A stretch of DNA of 63,717 bases, filler included, from Octopus bimaculoides (taxonomy: Eukaryota), in the NCBI RefSeq assembly GCF_001194135.2. It is 6 parts of 5 records of this genome, joined end to end, with 100 filler letters (N's around TTAATTAATTAA, not from the genome) between each part and the next. Parts side by side here need not be neighbours in the genome. Positions count along the whole stretch, not along the records: positions 26,352 to 50,028 come from NC_068998.1; 5 more parts are not named here. The stretch is one strand, 5' to 3'. Below the pieces are notes generated by a model. That model did no database searches, was not told the origin of the DNA, and saw only the letters and a program-made list of their open reading frames with translations. Positions 36,874 to 48,273 of this stretch are shown piece after piece; position 1 is the stretch's first letter; each line of letters begins with the position of its first letter. Both the position numbers and the translations under genes were made by a program.

Positions 36874-37065
36874 CATCATCATCATCATCATCATCGTTTA
36901 ACATCCGCCTTCCATGCTAGCATGGGTTGGACGATTTGACTGATGGTTGCATGCATCAGATGGAATTTTTTTGTGGTTGATTTTCTACGGCTGGATGTCC
37001 TTCCTGTCACCAACCCTTGCCTGTTTCCAAGCAAGAGAGTATTTCCAATATTTCCCCATAGGCAG
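36874..37065. mobile_element. Family C element (catcatcgtttaacgtccg..ccatgctagcatgggttggacg; RTE-like (GAT)n tail); other copies near 40966-41380, 42713-42895 and 45310-45480
   Basis: Recurrent sequence ending in a (GAT)n tail on the minus strand. Confidence 0.75.
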
Positions 37066-38149
37066 ACATGTTTTTCATGGAAGACTGGAAGTGAACAACA
37101 TCACTTGCATGAAGGTGATGCTTGCTTGCAATCATCGCGATGTCAAGACATGTCTACACCTGGACACATGCATATCTGACAGGCTTCTTTCAGTTTCCAT
37201 CTACCAAATCCACTCACGGCTTTTGTTGGTGTGGGGGTATATTAGAACACACACAAAGTGCCATGTAGTGAGACAGAATCCATGACCACATGGTTGGGAA
37301 TATTTATATGAGTGTATGTATATAAGTGTACAAACACACACACACACACATATATATATATACACACATATAGTATGTATTTCATTCTTCCCAAACATGA
37401 AACTAATGCATCTGCTTGTTGTTCCAGCACCTGTCTTTGTCTTTTGTTTCCTGTAAATTTGAATAATATATATGTATAGTCACAGGAGTGGCTGTGTGGT
37501 CACCCATTTATTACATCCAGTAATGTAAATTGCCATGCAATGAAAAAACACGTGTATTAGTAATTGGGTAATCTACCAGCATATATTGGATAGATATATA
37601 CCAGTATATTGGATAGATATCCCTTAGTTCGTTGGATTCACAACCTCTAACTCTCTTGGAATCTACATATATATATATATATANNNNNNNNNNNNNNNNN
37701 NNNNNNNCCAGAAGTGTAGCCAGCTCACTAATCCGTATCTTTACTTCATTGGACACTAAGTGAATTTGGAATTTGAAATTTGAAATCGAACCGAATCCGA
37801 CGACTGGCACCCATGCCAACCTCTCCTTCATTGGACACTAAACTCTGCTTGTGAAGACCTGTTGGGGCAAGTGAAATCGTAATTGAACCATACTCGATGA
37901 CTGGTCACCACGCAAGTGGAGCTCTAATAGCATTGTCGAGCGTGTTCATGCCAGAACAGCTGTCTGGCTTCCGTGCTAGTGGCCCGTAAATGGCACCATT
38001 TCAGCGTAATCATTACCAGCGTTGCCTTCTAACACTTGTGCTGGTGGCACGTTAGAAAATCATTCGAGGGTGGTCGTTGTCAGTGCTGCTGGACTGGCTC
38101 CCGTGCAGGTGGCACGTAAAAAACACCTTTTTGAGCATGGCTGTTGCCA

Positions 38150-38460
38150 GTACCGTGTGACTGGCCTTCGTGTCGGTGGCACGTAAAAGCACCCACTACA
38201 CTCTCAGAGTGGTTGACGTTAGGAAGGGCATCCAGCTGTAGAAACTCTGCCAGATCAGATNNNNNNNNNNGGCCTTCGTGTCGGTGGCACGTAAAAGCAC
38301 CCACTACACTCTCAGAGTGGTTGACGTTAGGAAGGGCATCCAGCTGTAGAAACTCTGCCAGATCAGATTGGAGCCTGGTGCAGCCTTTTGGCTTGCCAGT
38401 CCTCAGTCAAATCGTCCAACCCATGCTAGCATGGATAGCGGACATTAAACGTTGATGATG
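38150..38460. mobile_element. Family C element in opposite orientation; another at 49387-49554
   Basis: 38403-38435 is an exact 33-bp reverse complement of 36911-36943. Confidence 0.8.
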
Positions 38461-38841
38461 ATATATGTGTATGTATATGTTTGTATGTCTGTGTTTGTCT
38501 CCCCAACATTGCTTGACAACTGATGCTGGTGTGTTTACGTCTCCGTTAGTTAGCGGTTCAGCAAGAGAGACCGATAGAATAAGCAGATGTTGAATGATGT
38601 GACAATGATGATGTACATACACACATCCATATGCACACACATACACACACACAATAAAAATGAAGTTTGCAGAACCATTTTGCTCCTGCTGCTGTTGCCA
38701 GATGTCAGTATACAATGGCTGCTACCTCTGGTGCTGTTGCTGCTAAATCCTTGTTTCTCCATAATTACTGTTTGTTAATTAACCTGTAACAATGATCTAC
38801 ATTCCAAGCTATAATATCTCTTTATTCTTTTTCTGTTGCAG

Positions 38842-38930
38842 AGAATTTGTATTTTGTACGCTAGGAACATTCTGCTCTCAGCGTGATATTGGTTCACCTC
38901 CCGCCTGCCTTGATGCTCTTGGTGGCTCTG
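38842..38930 (+). CDS. TRMT1L: TRMT1L coding exon 2 (EFVFCTLGTFCSQRDIGSPPACLDALGGSG; SAM-binding motif I)
   Basis: ttttctgttgcag acceptor and gtaag donor; 89 nt; phase fits exons 1 and 3. FCTL and CLDALGGSG match recalled human IFCTL...CLDAFGATG. Confidence 0.93.
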
Positions 38931-39952
38931 GTAAGATTGCTCATTTCTTCCTCCCTTCCATCAATATCATTGTTTTTATGTCTACTTTCTATGCTGGCAT
39001 GGGTTGGGGGAGTCAGTTCTTATATGGTATAATCATCCTTGTGGATGGGTTGAAGGACCATGTTTCTTTTGTATGTTCTACTTTTGACTCAGTTTCTACA
39101 CCTTGATGCTTTCCCTACCACCAAACACTTTAAAGAGTATACCAGTTGTATTTTATCAGACTGCCAGTGGTTAGAGGGGTTGTAATATTCCTGAATGGTC
39201 CAAAGGGTTTCTCTTGACCCCTACATTATTTTCGATCATTTAGTAACCAATTTACAGAGTCTACTGGGTGCATAATATGATAGCACCAAACTTAGAGAAG
39301 TTGGGCTTCTTTCAGTTTTCGTCTACTAAGTCCACTCACAAGGCTTTGATTACCTTGGGGCTATAGTAAAGGATACTTGCCTAGGGTGCCATGCAGTGGG
39401 ATTGAACCTAAAATCATGTGGTGGGGAAGAAAATTTCTGACCACACATCTGTGTTTGTGCCTAAAACACTGTCTGAAAATAAGATGTGATGGTCATAATG
39501 GGACATCTTTGACTAATAGGCCTTGTACAATCAGGGCTTTCATTTACCACTGCTTCAACAATAAAAACAACAACAACAACAGCAGTGAAGGCTATGTCTC
39601 ACTGATTGCTGATGAGGTTAGAGTGACACCAAAACATGTCTGAAGTTGTCTCCCTTCTTTGAAATATGAAATTGTTAGTCACTGACTTATACACTTTTCC
39701 CTTTTACTTTATTTGTTTCTTGTTTAGTTTTTTTTTTTTAATACCCCATGCAATAAAATGTATGTCAACAGTAACATCTGTCTGCCTGGCAGTCTTCCTA
39801 CCTTTATGCTTACCTACCTGTCTCTTCGCCTATCTCTGTATTTCACTTTAAGCTTTTTACTGCTCCATTTAGTTTATTACTATTATTTTCATTAATATAT
39901 TCAACTATATATTTCTGCTCTGTTAATTAAATATATTCAACACAACCTGACC

Positions 39953-40003
<51 letters not shown>

Positions 40004-40034
40004 GTATATACATATATATATGTGTGTGTGTGTG

Positions 40035-40178
40035 GATGTGTGGTAAGAAGCTTGCTTCCCACCCACATGGTTTTGAGTTCAGTTTCACTGTGTGGCACCT
40101 TGGGAAAGTGTCTTCTATAGACTGACCAAAACCTTGTGAGTGGATTTGGTAGATAGAAACTGAAGGAAGCCTGTTATA
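40035..40178 (+). mobile_element. tRNA-derived SINE family D (ggctgtgtggttaagaag..ccttgggcaagtgtcttc..gtggatttggtagac); + copies also near 19215, 34823, 41848, 47655 and 47845; - copies near 37183-37285 and 39303-39448
   Basis: Recurrent sequence with A-box and B-box-like head (ggttccgggttcagtccc). Confidence 0.75.
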
Positions 40179-41499
40179 TATATCTATATATATCTCTTTC
40201 TCTCTATACACACACACCCACCCACCCACACACACAGAGCGGTCCTACAAAGGAATGGAGCCCTCAGCCCATTGGACAACCAGAGGAATGCAAGTGCTAC
40301 CACAAGAAAAGGAAGGAAAGAACACGAGCACAAACATAAAGAAGGGGAGAAAAAGGAAAATATGAAACGCCTAAAACCGAAACCCGAAACCACCAAACAA
40401 AAAACGGTAAACTCAAATATGGAGGCCCCAATGGAATCCAAAACCCTTGAGGAGAGAAGAAATTTGGAGTGAAGTCAAGGACCTGCCAGGCAAATGTTGA
40501 CGTGGGGAAGACGGTACAAACTGCCGGTTTGTTCACCTGAGACCCTGCCAAAACTGCAGAGGCCTTAAGGAGAAATACTTCCCTGAGGAAAGGCACCAAT
40601 CGTTTCCAAAGAGAAAGTATACAAATGCAGTGCATTCTTCAGATGTTATGTGCAAGGCAGCAGCTGAACAAGAGTCTTCTTCGTGCAATGGCGCAAAAGA
40701 TTGTGCAGCAGCTAACCTGGCTACATCAAATGTTGATAATGATGGTATATTTATTCCCATATAAAATGGTTTTTATTTTTTTCTTTGCTATAAATGTATC
40801 CTAAAATCAGTTTCTTATTTGGCTGTCTGACAGACAGATGTGAGACTGAGTGCCACGGATTGTGGGCAGCTAAGTACAAGAACTGCTACTAATAAAATGA
40901 TATTGGAAACAGGCCAAAATATTACAGTCTGTTCACACAAATTTATGAAAATTCGCTTATAGTAACATCATCATCATCATCATCATCATCGTTTAATGTC
41001 CGTTTTACATGCTGGCATGGGTTGGACGGTTTGACTGAGGTCTGGGAAGCCAGGAGGCTGCACCAGGCTCCAGTCTAATCTGGCAAGGTTGCTACAGCTG
41101 GATGCCCTTCCAAACGCTAACCACTCCGACAGTGTAGTGGGTGCATTTTATGTGCCACCAGCACAGGGGCCAGAGGAGGCTGGCAACGGCAACAATCGGC
41201 TGGTGTTTTTTACATGGCACCGGCACAGAAGTCGGTCAAGACAGTGCTTGCATCGGCCACATTCGGATGGTGCTTTTTATGTGCCATGAGTATGTGTATC
41301 ACAACTACAATTTCTATTTGATTTTGATGTACTTGACTCAATAGGTCTCCTCAAGCACAGCATGTCACCCTACGATCCAAGGTATATGTGTGTGCATACA
41401 CATATGTATGTCTACATATGTATATATGTATTTGTGTATTTTATGTATATGTAAGTATATATGTTAAGTATGTTTATTTGTTTATTTATCTTTTGGCAG

Positions 41500-41740
41500 G
41501 TTTGGCTGGTATTCAGTGGAAGAAGTTCTTGGGCAAGAAGGCCCATGTGACTATCACAGAGCGAAACAACCTCGACTTATTAGAGGCAAACTGCTACCGT
41601 AACAGCATGTTACCGAAGGAACTGCCAATAGACTACAGTCGAGCGCCTGGTCTCCCTCTTCCGCATCAACTTATTGACGAAATATTTGTGCAGCAAATCT
41701 CTGCGAATGTTATTATGCATCTGGAGGCATTTGATTTCAT
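41500..41740 (+). CDS. TRMT1L: TRMT1L coding exon 3 (LAGIQWKKFLGKKAHVTITER...ANVIMHLEAFDF)
   Basis: ttttggcag acceptor and gtaag donor; 241 nt; in phase. Matches recalled GLQWAKHLG...VTIND...ANVLMHLRSFDF. Confidence 0.95.
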
Positions 41741-42160
41741 GTAAGTTTGCACCGCATCACACTGTGGTTTGGAAATGCAGTTGGAGGAGTTTTTGTTGTT
41801 GTTGTTGTTTCCGTGATAGGAATATTCCAAATGGTATGAGGTGCAAGCATGACTGTGTGGTTAAGAAGTTAGCTTGCCAACCACATGGTTCCGGGTTCAG
41901 TCCCACTGTGTGGCATCTTGAGCAAGAGAGTAATCTTCTTAACCCCACAGTCATGTCTACACCTCTATATAATTGCCTTTATATATAAATACCTGTCTAA
42001 ATCAAGCTAAACATTAACCCCCCCCCTCTACACTTGTAAAACGTCAGTCACTTAACACAGTGTTACCTAAATCTTCTACTAATGCTTAATGCAAAAAGAT
42101 TTTCCCCTCGTTATTTTATGTCATCTCACTGTTATTAACGAACTCTTCTTTTTCACCCAG

Positions 42161-42373
42161 ATTTATTGATGCACACGGGAGTTGCGTGTCTTACCTGGAT
42201 GCTGCATTCACCAATATTCGGAACAACGGCCTGCTGTGTATTGTGTCTTCAGATTTGTCAGCCTTATTTGCCAAAACAAGACATGTGGCAATGAGGAATT
42301 ATGGTGCCAATGTCATAAAGAATGACTACATGAAAGAAGCCGCTGTCAGGGTGGTAATCGGTGCCGCAGCCAA
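42161..42373 (+). CDS. TRMT1L: TRMT1L coding exon 4 (FIDAHGSCVSYLDAAFTNIRNNG...KEAAVRVVIGAAA)
   Basis: tttttcacccag acceptor and gtaag donor; 213 nt; in phase. Matches recalled [23 protein letters not shown]...KELAARIVVAAVA. Confidence 0.95.
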
Positions 42374-42516
42374 GTAAGGAAGTTTACTCTTTCACGTTCT
42401 GGTTTCTCTGCCAAATGTAACGTTTATTTATTCCAGGTGTTTTGAATTAATCATGCATTATCTTGTAGCTTTTGGATATCAATGTTGATAATGGTTCTCA
42501 CCATTTAATGGTCACT

Positions 42517-42712
42517 TAGGGCGGTGAGCTGGCAGAATCATTCGCATGCCAGGCAAAATGCTTTGCAACATTTTTGTTCATCTTTATGTTCTGGGTTCAA
42601 ATTTTGCTTTTTATCCTTTCAGGGTCAATGAAATAGGTACCAGTTACACACTGGGGTCCATGTAATTGCCTGGCTCTCTCCTCCAAAACTTCAGACCCTG
42701 TGCCTATCACTT
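42517..42712 (+). mobile_element. SINE family A copy, TRMT1L intron 4
   Basis: Matches the family A consensus. Confidence 0.75.
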
Positions 42713-43404
42713 AACGTCCACTCTCCATGCTGGTAGGAGTAGGATGGTTTGACCGGAAACCAGTGAGCTGCAGAGCTGCACCAAGCCTCCAGCGTCATCT
42801 TTGGCATGATTTCTACAGTTGGATGCCCTGTCTAATGCCAACCGCTCTACAGAGTGTACTTGATGCTTGTTCCCAGCGCCACTGGTACGAGTGAAGTTGC
42901 TATGTAATTTGCAAGACAGAAAAGAACAGGGGAAGAGGAAGTAGTTGGGAGGGGAAGGTGGGCAGGGGCTGGCTGTAGGCCAGGTGTTGAAAGGCTAAAG
43001 CATGAGAGGGGGTCAAGCACAGGTGTCTTGGTACGGAGAAAAACTAGTTTCTGCAGTTTACAACTCGGAAGAGTTATCTCCCTTAAATCTTTATTCTTGT
43101 CAATGACGCAAAAACTGAGATTTTGAAAAACTCTGATAAGCAGCAATCCTATATTGGCAGAGTATAGAAGCTGGGGAGAGGACTTCACTGTGATTATTGT
43201 CGGAAATATTTGAGTGTTCCTTCGAAATTAGTCCAGAGAGTGTCGGTGTGAGGAGATGACATCGTTCGCCCTCTTTTTCAGCCTAGTCTCTTTATGTTGT
43301 GAGAGAAGGTTGCGTGCGAGAATGACGTCACGTTCGAATACCGAAGGGTTATCAATATTTGTTAGAAAGCAGGTAATTTTGGTAATGTGATTGGGTTTGG
43401 TCTG

Positions 43405-43600
43405 AAGGCACGTAGCCTAATGGTTAAGGTGTTGCGCTTAGGATTGTTAGAGCGTGGTTTCGATTCCCGGACCCGACAGTGAATAGTGTTCTTGAGCAAA
43501 ACACTTCATTTCACGTTGCTCGAAGCCATTCACCTATAAATGAGTTCAAGTAATAGTCGGGAAGTTAACTTTGCGATAGACTAGCGTTTCATCCAATTGT
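43405..43600 (+). mobile_element. tRNA-derived SINE in TRMT1L intron 4
   Basis: tagcctaatggttaagg (A box), ggtttcgattccc (B box), ttcttgagcaaaacacttcatttca core. Confidence 0.65.
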
Positions 43601-44093
43601 CATTTTAGTTAATCAAACACTATGGAAACTGAATTAAGTTCCACTCTTTTCAGTTCTGGATTGCTGGAACTTGTGCAGAAACGTGTTGAGTGAATTGTAC
43701 CTATAATTTAAGAGTACAGATATCAATGGAATATTCAGCCATTTATGTATTTATTAAATGAGTTGGCAGCTAAGTTGATTGAACAAGATGTTCATCGTCG
43801 TCGAAACTAACGGAGATCCCTCAAATTATCTTTTCTTAGCAAAAGAGCTCAAGTGTTTCAAGGGAGGTAACTTTGCTAATGCAACCTTTGGGAGGGGAAA
43901 AACCGAAACCAGCGGAAACAAAAGCAGCGAATCTTTGCAGGAATATGGTTGGAGGAGGAGGAGGAAACAAAAGTAGATTTTACACCCTTGCCTCTCCACC
44001 ACCATTATATCACCGTGGTTAACATTCTATACACACACACACACACCACCGCCTGTTAGAGTCTCTTTGAATTACTAATACAATATTTTGGTT

Positions 44094-44434
44094 AAGATGA
44101 TGAGCTGGCAGAATCTTTAGCGTGCTGGACTAAATGCTTAGCAGCATTTAGTCCGTCTTTATATTCTGAGTTCGGATTCTGCCAACGTCGACTTTGCCTT
44201 TCATTCTTTNNNNNNNNNNNNNNNNNNNNNNNNNNNNNNNNNNNNNNNNNNNNNNNNNNNNNNNNNNNNNNNNNNNNNNNNCTTTATATTCTGAGTTCGG
44301 ATTCTGCCAACGTCGACTTTGCCTTTCATTCTTTCAGGGTCGAAAAAATTAGTAGCAGTTGAACACTGGGTCGATGTAATCAACTTACCCCTGCCCCCAG
44401 AATTGCTTACCTTGTACCAAAATTTGAAATCATT
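44094..44434 (+). mobile_element. SINE family A copy spanning an N gap
   Basis: Matches family A; about 45 bp is repeated on both sides of the gap (assembly overlap). Confidence 0.75.
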
Positions 44435-44640
44435 TTGGATCTCTCTCTCTTTTGCTCTCTCTCTCTCTCTCTCTCTCACACTCACTGTTTTCTCTCTCTC
44501 TCTCACTGTTTTCTCTCTCTCTCTCTTTTTAGCTCCTTCTATCTGTTTGGCTCTCTCCTTGAATTAACACCTTTTTTCAGCATTTATATATTTAAATTCC
44601 TTCTTTAATGACAGATATTTCTGTGTAATTATTTCTCTAG

Positions 44641-44831
44641 ATCCGCAGCAAAATGCAGCAAAGGTATCCAGGTGATGTTTGGCGTGTGCATCGAGCCATT
44701 TGTGTTGGTTGTAATTAAAGTGCAGCGTGGCCCCTATTACGCAGACATGTGCTCTCTGAAAGTCCGTCCTCTAATACACTGTCAGATCTGTGAAGAGAGA
44801 GCTTTTTGTCCTGAAATGAGGGCAAGTGTTG
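44641..44831 (+). CDS. TRMT1L: TRMT1L coding exon 5 (SAAKCSKGIQVMF...RGP...LIHCQICEER)
   Basis: atttctctag acceptor and gtaag donor; 191 nt; in phase. Matches recalled AAARCNKGIEVLF...RGP...LIHCQWCEER. Confidence 0.95.
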
Positions 44832-45582
44832 GTAAGTATCTTCATTATTTATCGTGTCTGTCTCTGTATGTGTAGATGTGTGTGGACAAGGTATTTTGTT
44901 TCTGTACTGTAAGAAAGGGAAGGCACTGAAACCTTATCGATTTATATAACTATAAGGGCTTGGACCCTAACAAACCATCCAACTCATGTTAGCATGGTAG
45001 ATGGACTAACTCATCCCATCACAGGTACCCATTACAAGTCTTGGGCCCCAATGAATTGTGCAACATATGCTGGCAGGGATATCTATCTGCCCTGCCAGCA
45101 TATGACTGGCTTACCCTATGGCTGGGGCCACCTAGTGAAGCCACCCCATTACTACTTTGTCCCCTCTCCTCCACACAAACCCCTGATATTACTCCCCACC
45201 CTCCTCTGTCGCCTTTATTCCCACTCCCAACACTGTTCCCTTTCTTATTCTCTCCATTATCACCCTTTCACAAAATCTATTCCTTCTCATTTTGCTGCAC
45301 CAAACTCCATGTCTGATTTGGCAGGGTTTCTATGGCTGGATGCCCTTCCTAATGCCAACCATTTTACAGTGGGTGCTGGGTGCTTTCATGTTGCACTATA
45401 CAGGCACTTTTATGTGGCACCACACAGACTCTTTTTCATGGCTTTGCATGGGTACTTTTTACATGGCACCAGTACAAGACCCTTGTAGGTCAGTCCACAT
45501 TACCGGGGTGGTGCCCCACCCACTGTTTTGTTTATTTATTTATTTAAATTAAATTAAATTCAATTCGATTTTTGTTTTGTAG

Positions 45583-45661
45583 CAAACCTCTATGATCTTC
45601 TTCCGTGTGATTGTCAATCAGAAAATCCTGGTAAAACGGCATTAAAACTTGGTCCCATGTG
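45583..45661 (+). CDS. TRMT1L: TRMT1L coding exon 6 (NLYDLLPCDCQSENPGKTALKLGPMW)
   Basis: tttgttttgtag acceptor and gtaag donor; 79 nt; in phase. Matches recalled [21 protein letters not shown]. Not in the ORF track because it is short. Confidence 0.93.
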
Positions 45662-46094
45662 GTAAGCACATATTCAAACTCTCTTTGGGGGTTCTTTGCA
45701 GTTCCATGAGGGACTTATCTCTGATTGTGAAACAAAGTGGTCCTTACTATAAAGGGGTCTGATTGTAATACAAGCTGGTCCTTATTGTATTGAAGAAGTT
45801 TCTTTGTATAACAAAATTAGTCCCTATAGTCTTCAGATCACTTTAAGTGGTCCCTATTGAGATCACCCAAGGGGTCAATAGTAATGACTAAGCACTTCCC
45901 CACAAAATAGCTGACCATGAGTCTAAATCCATTATATCCAGCCTTTACATTCTGAGTTCAAATCCTGCTCTGATCAGTTTTGCATTTCATCTCTCCAGTG
46001 TCAATAAAATAAAGCGATGGTCATGTACTCTGGTACCCTCAAAAGTATGGGCCTTGTGCCTAAATTAGAATCCATCATTGTTTTGTTTATGGTT

Positions 46095-46660
46095 AAGGTT
46101 GCGAGCTGGCAGAATCGGTAACATGCTGGACGAAATGTTTAGCAACATTAGTGGGGCTCCGAAAGGGGTCTTAGGGAGTAGCGTCCCTGCTTTCCTGTGT
46201 TAGCTTTCGATCACATTTCTTAAAAATCATGGTAGAGACCTTGGTCTCAGGACCACTCATGCCTAGAAACTAAAGAAAGCAAGGGCATGCTCCCTGTAGA
46301 AAATCCAGCTCCAAAAAATCCTCATGATAGCAAAGGAGAACGGGCACCAACCAGCCCAAAGGATGGGGTGGGCTGCACCTACCTACTTCAGTTGCTATGG
46401 CATTGAGGTAGATCCAGCCATCCCTGTTAACGGGGACAAAACTCAGATTTAAAACACTCGATGATGATGATGATGACGATGATGATGATCCATCTCTACA
46501 TTCCGGTAAAGTTGACTTTGCCTTTCATCCTTTAGGGTTCAATGAAATAAGTACCAGTCATGTACTGGGGTCGAAGTAATTGACTATCCACCCTGCCCCA
46601 CAACACTTCACCCCACCCCAAATTTCAGGCCTTGTGCCTATAGTAGAAAAGATTGTTACA
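46095..46660 (+). mobile_element. SINE family A copy interrupted by a roughly 340-bp (GAT)n-tailed insertion (46150-46490)
   Basis: Family A head ends at 46149 and the family A core resumes at 46491. Confidence 0.65.
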
Positions 46661-46696
46661 CATAATGCTAATGTTTCCATACCTTTCTTGTTGCAG

Positions 46697-47497
46697 GTGT
46701 GATAACATATTCAATGCCAAGTTTATAGAACAGATGATATCAGTTGCTAGAGATATGAAACTCAGTGAGCGCCTTGAGGCCCAACTTTGTTCAATTTTTA
46801 ATGAATGCATTTGCAGTTCAAGCCCTGTAGATTCCAGTTCGTCTTCAAAGAATTGCCAGTCTTCGTTCACCTCGTCGTCTTCACCATCACCGTCACATTC
46901 TGTCTTGTTGTCCTACCCTTCACTGTCCGCTCAGCAGCACAACGAGAGGTCAGCCCTGAATAGTTTGAAACGCAAGACTTCGTCATCGGCACCTGCGGCC
47001 TCTTTGCTGTCCTCGTCAAGCACCTCACTCTCTAGGACTGTGTCCGGCAACCCCATTGATAACAACATAGATACCAACAGCAACAACAACAACAAGAATA
47101 ATAATAATAATAATAATAATGAAAATGATAAAAATACTACCACAACTACTACTGCTGCTACTGCTGCTGCTTCAGTTGATGTGGGCCCAGCAACATCTGA
47201 GAATTCAGCAATGGGAAATGGTGATGGTGCTGTTGTCGATGCCAATGCAAGTGAAGTGACGGCCAACATGAAGGGTGCTGTGTCTGTTACTGTCGTGTCA
47301 ACGTCTTCAGATCCCCACGGCAACTTGAAAATGGACTTCACTGTAGACAGGAGTGCAAGAAATAGTCAGAATCTCACCAATGAACCCCCTATAAAGAGGA
47401 TTTGCCTTCCTGATCCTGACCCTAGCCCTGTACTGGCAATGCCACCCTTTTTCTATAACATTCACAAACGCAAGTTTAAAGGTGTTTTCCTCCCCAA
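46697..47497 (+). CDS. TRMT1L: TRMT1L coding exon 7 (CDNIFNAKFIEQM...low-complexity insert...PPFFYNIHKRKFKGVFLP)
   Basis: ctttcttgttgcag acceptor and gtaag donor; 801 nt open; in phase. The ends match recalled LFNTGFLKRML and PPFYYNIHRHSIKGMNMPK. Confidence 0.93.
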
Positions 47498-48131
47498 GTA
47501 AGTTGAAAATCTCTCTCTAATTATTTTGTTGTATGTTGGATGGGGTTGTTATGTCTGACCCGGGTTCACAGCAAGAACCTGGCAAAACCAAGTAAAAAAA
47601 CAAACAAACAAAATATTCTCAGTAATTACGTTAATTAGATGATTGTCTGCATGGATGTGGCTGTGTGGTTAAGAAGTTTGCTTCACAGTCATATGGTTCT
47701 GGGTCCAATCCTGTTGTGCAGCACTTTGGACAAGTGTCTTCTACTATAGTCCTGGGCTGACCAAAGCCTTGTGTGTGGATTTGGTAGACAGAAACTGAAA
47801 GAAGCCCGTCATGTATGTGAATGAATATGAATAAATATATACAGGAGTGGCTGTTGGGTAAGTAGCATGCTTCTCAACCACATGGTTCTGGGTTCAGTCC
47901 CACTGCGTGACACCTTGGGCAAGTGCTTCTACTATAGCCTTGGGCTGAACAAAGCCTTGTCAGTGGATTTGGTAGACGGTTACAAGCAAATCTGTGGTAT
48001 TGAGCAGAATATTTCCTGTAGATCCATTTTTTTAATACCAAGCCTATAACATATTATTATTGTACACTTTTTGTTTTATTTTGTTTTGTTTTTTTTAATC
48101 CTTTCTTTTTTTTTTTCCTGTTTTCTTGAAG

Positions 48132-48273
48132 ATTGTCCAAGATGGTTTATCTGCTCCAAAGTGAGGGCTTCCGAGCTAGTCGCACTCTATTTGACACCTA
48201 TGGCATCCGAACTAATGCCAACCAGAAAGAAATCTACAGGACTTTGTTGAAGTATTGTAAACAAGAGCCTTAA
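48132..48273 (+). CDS. TRMT1L: TRMT1L last coding exon 8 (LSKMVYLLQSEGFRASRTLFDTYGIRTNA...LLKYCKQEP*)
   Basis: Long pyrimidine tract then ttgaag acceptor; TAA at 48271-48273. Matches recalled [22 protein letters not shown]...LLKY. Exon lengths sum to 2598 nt = 865 aa + stop. Confidence 0.93.

Noticed and set aside
38160-38260. Possible HDV-like ribozyme in family C (aagggcatcc region resembles RTE 5' UTRs)
   Set aside because: I could not build the nested double pseudoknot (no convincing P1, L3 or P1.1) by hand.
38164-38370. Apparent 97-bp tandem duplication across a 10-N gap (likewise 44165-44330, 59582-59715 and 62928-63015)
   Set aside because: Identical sequence on both sides of small gaps is the signature of unmerged contig overlaps.
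40297-40760. ORFs at 40272-40760 in TRMT1L intron 2
   Set aside because: No similarity to the TRMT1L region between exons 2 and 3, which already join in phase without a gap; probably repeat-derived.
43180-43380. Intronic snoRNA candidate in TRMT1L intron 4 (unique sequence with TGACGTCA)
   Set aside because: No paired C/D boxes with terminal stem and no H/ACA hairpin layout found.
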